A DNA stretch of 40,000 nucleotides, taken from the NCBI RefSeq assembly GCF_900100715.1, contig NZ_FNCA01000006.1, positions 152,058 through 192,057 of the forward strand, read 5' to 3'. Position numbers and translations under genes: made by a program. The notes beneath the pieces were generated by a model. It was not told the DNA's origin. It saw only the letters and a list, made by a program, of their open reading frames with translations, and did no database searches. Positions 35,263 through 40,000 of the stretch are shown here, one piece after another; positions within the stretch are counted from its first letter, which is position 1, and each line of letters starts with the position of its first letter. Origin of the DNA: Methanolobus vulcani (GTDB lineage: Archaea > Halobacteriota > Methanosarcinia > Methanosarcinales > Methanosarcinaceae).

Positions 35263-36825
35263 TCAGTAGTTAACAGCCTTTTTCACCGTTGATATCACCT
35301 TCTCAAATTCATCCTCATCCGGCACATGCTTTGCAAATTCAATAAGACTGCAAAGTTCCAGACATTCTTCAACTTCTTTCCAGTCCTTACCTGTCATTTT
35401 CAGGTGGTGGATCAATTCTGCATTTGTCACTTCTTTTCTGAGTCCATAGAAATGACTCAGGTATAGCCTCAGAGCCCGGGCAGCAGTTCCATATGCATCT
35501 TCTGTTTGTCCATCTTCATAGAGGCTAGCTGATTTATCTACAAGTTCCCTTGCTTCTTTCCTGAAATCGAAGATCTCTTTCACAGGTGCAACATCAACTG
35601 CAACGGGAGTTTCCTCTGCTTTCTTTGGTTTGTATTTGTTGTAGGCCAGATAAGCAAGAGCAAGAATAAGCAAAGCTCCGATAGCATACAGTGGATAATT
35701 ATTTCGTTCCCTGTCCCTGACAAGTTCCACGCTATCCACACTATTGTTTACGAATCTGGCATTGATCTGGGCTGTTTCGTTCGCTGAATTCTCATATTGT
35801 ATCTGAAGGTCAGTTGCGTTGCCACTTCGTGAGAAGGTTGAATCTGTTTCTGTGAAACCGTAATTCTGCAGTTCCTTCAGGTACTTCTGATAATCCTTGT
35901 TCTGAGCAAGTATATCTCTTAAGTTCTGCCGTTCCTCAGCAGTATCTTTCTGAAGATTTGTTATTGTTCCATTATCCATTTCTCCCTGGAGAGTCGCAGT
36001 GTCACCATTTTGTTTTTCATAATTTGCCGTGAAGGTTCCGGTGTTATTTGTCGATGGATTAACACTGACATCAGTCAAGTTGTAACCCATATCTGTCAAT
36101 TCCTGGTTTGCCTTCTGGAAATCCTCATTTGAGGCAAGATTCTGCTGGAACTCCTGCTTCATTTGTTGTTGTTGCTGTATCTGCTGCTCCATTTGTGATT
36201 TCAGGGCAGAAGTGTCCTGATCCATCTGGTTATTCTGTGCAGCCTGCTGAGAGGTTTGTGTAGAAGACTGCGTGGAGGATTGCTGGTTGGCTAACTGCTG
36301 CATTGCCTGTTGCATTTGCTGTTCCTGTTGTGCAAAAGGGTCAGTTGACTGCGATGAGGACGCATCCTGAGATGAACTCTGGATTGGGTTTGAATTGTTC
36401 TGGATCTCTGATTCATTATCTACAAAATGTATCAGTATGTTCAGAGTCACAGCTTTAGTTCCATTTTCATCGTAATTGAAAGTCAGCGACACCTTCAAGG
36501 TCTCAGGATCATTGCTGGTCCCAAAACCGAGATTTGTTGCCGAGTCTCCGGCAGGCACTTGGAAACTTGTTGATTTTGAATTGGAACTGGAAACGTGTAC
36601 GGAACCTGTGTTCATCTCCTGGGTGAAAGTGGCCTGTAATATTCCATTTATGTCTGTTCCGTAGGAATTGTTCATATAGAGAGGAACGTATGCTTGCTCT
36701 CCTGTAAGGAAATAGTATTCATCCTGCGGTAGCGTGAATGTGATATCTTTTGCAGATACCACCGGTACCAGCATAAGGAAAGATACCATAACGAAGAGAG
36801 ATAATGCTATATTTTTCCTGTTCAT
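35263..36825 (-). CDS. BatD-like membrane protein with Gln-rich low-complexity region and cytoplasmic helical tail
   Basis: N-terminal signal/TM helix, a beta-rich ectodomain, a Q-rich stretch (aa ~140-230), two ~60-aa internal repeats, a TM helix (LYAIGALLILALAYLAY) and a C-terminal helical domain. Its start overlaps the vWA gene stop (ATGA). Confidence 0.55.
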   Translation of the reverse strand: MNRKNIALSLFVMVSFLMLVPVVSAKDITFTLPQDEYYFLTGEQAYVPLYMNNSYGTDINGILQATFTQEMNTGSVHVSSSNSKSTSFQVPAGDSATNLGFGTSNDPETLKVSLTFNYDENGTKAVTLNILIHFVDNESEIQNNSNPIQSSSQDASSSQSTDPFAQQEQQMQQAMQQLANQQSSTQSSTQTSQQAAQNNQMDQDTSALKSQMEQQIQQQQQMKQEFQQNLASNEDFQKANQELTDMGYNLTDVSVNPSTNNTGTFTANYEKQNGDTATLQGEMDNGTITNLQKDTAEERQNLRDILAQNKDYQKYLKELQNYGFTETDSTFSRSGNATDLQIQYENSANETAQINARFVNNSVDSVELVRDRERNNYPLYAIGALLILALAYLAYNKYKPKKAEETPVAVDVAPVKEIFDFRKEARELVDKSASLYEDGQTEDAYGTAARALRLYLSHFYGLRKEVTNAELIHHLKMTGKDWKEVEECLELCSLIEFAKHVPDEDEFEKVISTVKKAVNY

Positions 36826-37772
36826 TGGAGTATCCTCCCCTTTCCGTATCTGTAATAGAGCTGGACAAGTAAGGTCATAAATGCTGCAAAGAAGAACCAG
36901 TCCTTGATGTTTGTTTCTTCAGTTTCTCTTTTTATGTTCTCACCAATGTTCTTGTATATTTCATTCAGAGTACTGTCGTCTACGGATTTGAAATACTTTC
37001 CACCGGTTTCCTGTGCTATCTTCTGAAGTGTAGCCTCATCGAGTTCCGCATATTGTGGGTTCCCGTACCAGTCATAGCCCAGCAAAACCTTACCTGTAGA
37101 TCCCATTCCTATTGTATAGACCTGAATATCGTTGGCTTTTGCGAACTGGATAGCTTCATCAGGGCTGATGTATCCCGCATTGTTAACTCCATCACTGAGT
37201 AAAATTACAACTTTTTTCTTGTTAGGGATGGATGATGCCATGTCAATTCCAAGACTGAGACCGTCTCCTATGGCGGTAGCTCCGTCTTTTGCTGCGATGT
37301 TCTGTAATTTCTCTATTACTTTGTCCTTATCAGGACTAAGATAAGCAGCGGTGGTGGCTCCTGATTCAAAGACGACCACTCCTGCATAGTCCTGGCTTTT
37401 AAGTGATTTGATCAGGATTTCAGCAGATGATTTTGCAGCCTCCAGTCTTGATGGCTGGTAGTCCTGTGCCTGCATACTTCCTGAATTATCCATCACAAGC
37501 ACCACGTTCACTCCTTCTTTTGTTTGCTCAAGGGGAATGTGTGGATTTGCAAAACCTATTACCATAAGACCGATAGTAAGCAGTGAGAGATAAAAGAGAT
37601 GCATATCCCTTTTTGATTTCTTACTATCGCCCATTGCGGATTTGATAAATGCAAGATTGCTGAATTTTATAGCTTCATTCTTTTTCTGTATCCTTGCTTT
37701 TTTCTGAAGATAATAAATAAGGGGAATTATCAGCAAGAATAGCAGAATATAAGGAGAATCAAAACCTGCCAT
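36822..37772 (-). CDS. vWA-domain membrane protein (BatA-like)
   Basis: Two N-terminal TM helices, MIDAS motif VMDNSGSM, a vWA fold and a C-terminal TM helix. Confidence 0.85.
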   Translation of the reverse strand: MAGFDSPYILLFLLIIPLIYYLQKKARIQKKNEAIKFSNLAFIKSAMGDSKKSKRDMHLFYLSLLTIGLMVIGFANPHIPLEQTKEGVNVVLVMDNSGSMQAQDYQPSRLEAAKSSAEILIKSLKSQDYAGVVVFESGATTAAYLSPDKDKVIEKLQNIAAKDGATAIGDGLSLGIDMASSIPNKKKVVILLSDGVNNAGYISPDEAIQFAKANDIQVYTIGMGSTGKVLLGYDWYGNPQYAELDEATLQKIAQETGGKYFKSVDDSTLNEIYKNIGENIKRETEETNIKDWFFFAAFMTLLVQLYYRYGKGRILQ

Positions 37773-37785
37773 TATCGTATCTCCT

Positions 37786-38652
37786 TTATTTTCTGATTTT
37801 AAAGAATTTATTTAGTGCAACTTCATAAGGCTCGTCTGTGACTAGATCGACCATGTCTATCTTCATTTTCCTGAAAAGTTTCTGAAGTGTTTCGTTATGT
37901 TCCCTGACAAGTTCTGCGTAGTGCATTCTTATTTCCTCGTCAGAGGTGTCCACAAGTAGTTGCTCACCGGTCTCTTCGTCTTCAAGTTCTATTAGACCGA
38001 CATCGGGAAGTTCCTGTTCACGTGCATCCATGACCCTTAATGCCACGATGTCATGTCTGCTTTTCATAATGTTCAGAGGTTTGGAGAAGTCGTCGGAAAT
38101 GAAGTCTGAGATTACAAAAACAATGCTCCTTCTTTTGAGCATTTTTGCTATGGACTCCATGCTTTCCATGATGTCAGTCCGTTTTTCAAGAGGCTCGTAT
38201 GAGACCATTGTACCGAGCAGTTTCAGGACATGTTTCCTGCCTTTTCTGGCAGGAATGTATTTCTCGACGTCTTCGGTAAAGAGGAACAGGCCGACGTTAT
38301 CGTTGTTCTTCATGGCCGAGAACATCAGGCTTGCAGCGATCTCTGTTGCTTTCTGCATCTTGCTAATGTTGCTTCCGAAGCTTCCTGAAGCTGAAACGTC
38401 GATGGCAAAATAGACACGCAGGTCCCTTTCCTCTACGAACTCTTTAATGAACGGACGATTGAACCTTGCAGTTACTTTCCAGTCTATGGCACGGACATCG
38501 TCTCCTGCCCGATATTCACGTATTTCAGAAAAATCGATTCCCTGGCCTTTGAATACTGAATGGTAGTTTCCGGCTATCAGTCCGTCAACCTGCTGTTTAG
38601 TACTGATCTCGATCTTTCTGACCTGTCTGATGATCTCTTTTGTATGGTGCAT
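37786..38652 (-). CDS. DUF58 domain protein
   Basis: Signature YHSVFKGQGIDFSEIREYRAGDDVRAIDWKVTAR. It occupies the standard position downstream of MoxR. Confidence 0.85.
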   Translation of the reverse strand: MHHTKEIIRQVRKIEISTKQQVDGLIAGNYHSVFKGQGIDFSEIREYRAGDDVRAIDWKVTARFNRPFIKEFVEERDLRVYFAIDVSASGSFGSNISKMQKATEIAASLMFSAMKNNDNVGLFLFTEDVEKYIPARKGRKHVLKLLGTMVSYEPLEKRTDIMESMESIAKMLKRRSIVFVISDFISDDFSKPLNIMKSRHDIVALRVMDAREQELPDVGLIELEDEETGEQLLVDTSDEEIRMHYAELVREHNETLQKLFRKMKIDMVDLVTDEPYEVALNKFFKIRK

Positions 38653-38697
38653 GGCACATATCTCCGGTTATTATCGTCTTCGGATGAAACCGGAGGC

Positions 38698-39684
38698 TTA
38701 GGGGACTTTTACTTTTTCAAGTATCTCAGTTATCACATGGTCGCTGCTTATCTCTTCGACCTCAGCTTCATAGTTGAGAAGTACACGGTGGCGGAGTACG
38801 TGGTATGCTACTGATTTTACATCCTCGGGAATTACATATCCTCTGCCATTCAGAACTGCATGTGACTTTGCAGCGAGTATGAGCCACAGGGATGCACGGG
38901 GCGAGGCTCCGTATTCTATGTGGTCTTCCACGTCCACAGAATAACTCTGCGGATGGCGTGTTGCATCTACTATCCGGGCTACATAGTCCATGATTTTCCT
39001 GTCGGCGTAGACCTGAGGGATAAAGTCCTGTATCTCGATGATCTCATTTGATGAAAGTATCTTTGATACGCTGGTCTTGACTCCCTGGGTGAACCTTTCG
39101 ATTATCTCTATCTCTTCGTCCTTTGTGGGATAATCAATAAGCAGTTTTGACATGAACCTGTCAACCTGCGCTTCAGGCAGTTTATAGGTTCCTTCGGATT
39201 CTATTGGGTTCTGTGTTGCCATTACAAGAAAAGGTCGCTCAAGATGGAAAGTGTCACCCTGGATACTTACCTGTCTTTCCTGCATTGCTTCAAGGAGTGC
39301 AGATTGTACTTTCGGAGGAGCACGGTTTATTTCATCAGCAAGAATGAAGTTAGAAAAGATCGGGCCTTTAAGTGTTGAAAATGAGCCTTCGTTGTGATTA
39401 TAGATCTTGGTGCCTGTGATATCCGCAGGCAGGAGGTCCGGTGTGAATTGCAGTCGCACAAAATCGCATTCAAGACATTCTGAGATTGTCCTGACCATGA
39501 GGGTCTTTGCAAGACCTGGCACTCCTTCAAGCAGCACATGTCCCTGCGACATAAGCGCTATAAGAAGGTTGTCAATTATCTCGTCTTGTCCGATTATTGT
39601 GTTCTTTATCTCTTTCCGTAGTTTCTGTATCTGTTCTGAATAATGGGTTGCTGTTTCGTTCAGTTTTTGAATATTCTCGTCCAT
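38698..39684 (-). CDS. MoxR-family AAA+ ATPase
   Basis: Walker A GVPGLAKT, Walker B/sensor region ILADEINRAPPKVQSALLEAMQERQV; 328 aa. Confidence 0.92.
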   Translation of the reverse strand: MDENIQKLNETATHYSEQIQKLRKEIKNTIIGQDEIIDNLLIALMSQGHVLLEGVPGLAKTLMVRTISECLECDFVRLQFTPDLLPADITGTKIYNHNEGSFSTLKGPIFSNFILADEINRAPPKVQSALLEAMQERQVSIQGDTFHLERPFLVMATQNPIESEGTYKLPEAQVDRFMSKLLIDYPTKDEEIEIIERFTQGVKTSVSKILSSNEIIEIQDFIPQVYADRKIMDYVARIVDATRHPQSYSVDVEDHIEYGASPRASLWLILAAKSHAVLNGRGYVIPEDVKSVAYHVLRHRVLLNYEAEVEEISSDHVITEILEKVKVP

Positions 39685-40000
39685 TTGCTCACCTGCTTTA
39701 ATGCATGTGATTCTTAAATTCCAGATTATTCATTCCATGCAAGCCCCAATCGCATGAATTTTTTAGAGCCACTTATATTGTACCAAACGAATGAAAAATA
39801 ATAATGTGTTTTTATCTTATATGTTTTATGTTTATACTTATATCTGGTCGGAACTGCTAGATGAAATATTAGAGGTAAATAAAGACTTTTTCTGTCTATT
39901 TTAGTGTCCCGATGATCAAAAAAGAATATTAAAGAAAATAAAGCTTTACAAAAGCTTCATTCTTTCATTTAGAGTTATTATGGATTCTTTTTTGTTAAGT

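Overview
This 40-kb chromosomal window reads like a methylotrophic methanogen of the Methanosarcinaceae (Methanolobus/Methanococcoides/Methanohalophilus-like). That is an inference from an MtaA/CmuA-family methyltransferase beside an Msr-type wHTH+DUF1724 regulator, an archaeal Sm protein, FEN-1, a PEF-CTERM protein and an archaeal-type tRNA-Glu. Core coding GC is roughly 42-45% from by-eye sampling. All family calls come from motif recognition by eye; no searches were run.

Layout:
- Left end (1-7.4 kb): a tightly coupled minus-strand operon. It encodes an MtaA-like methyltransferase, a Zn-ribbon protein, a COG1964-type radical SAM, a PaaK/F390-synthetase-like ligase, a second radical SAM and a TauA/NMT1-like binding lipoprotein. 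An Msr-type regulator lies next to it.
- Middle: housekeeping genes (Sm, tRNA-Glu, DEAD-box helicase, LrgAB, PEP synthase, FEN-1, ferredoxin, hybrid cluster protein) interrupted by visibly AT-rich islands.
- Right end: an FAD oxidoreductase, a COG1361-like surface protein with an FtsX/ABC pair, MarR-MFS, DJ-1/PfpI, an MBL hydrolase, and a MoxR-DUF58-vWA-BatD-like operon.

Top candidate: a ~2.7-kb AT-rich island begins immediately after the hcp stop codon.
- It carries a stand-alone Cas1 that looks casposase-like, with intact catalytic motifs and an extra C-terminal HTH-like tail.
- The window contains no cas2, no CRISPR array and no PolB.
- The Cas1 gene is convergent with a 410-aa protein whose C-terminus has a PD-(D/E)xK core (D-x13-ECK, QxxxY).
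- The island's right edge carries a 31-nt sequence that recurs (30/31) 8.7 kb upstream. There it sits at the right edge of a second AT-rich island encoding another D-x13-ECK/QxxxY nuclease-fold protein.

Other notable items:
- An in-frame TAG in the DJ-1/PfpI gene, followed by a conserved-looking C-terminal motif (pyrrolysine/read-through versus nonsense mutation).
- Two tandem Zn-ribbon mini-ORFs below the ORF-track cutoff.
- A nested-helix candidate RNA.
- Direct repeats flanking tRNA-Glu.
- A perfect 16-bp palindrome at the marR promoter.
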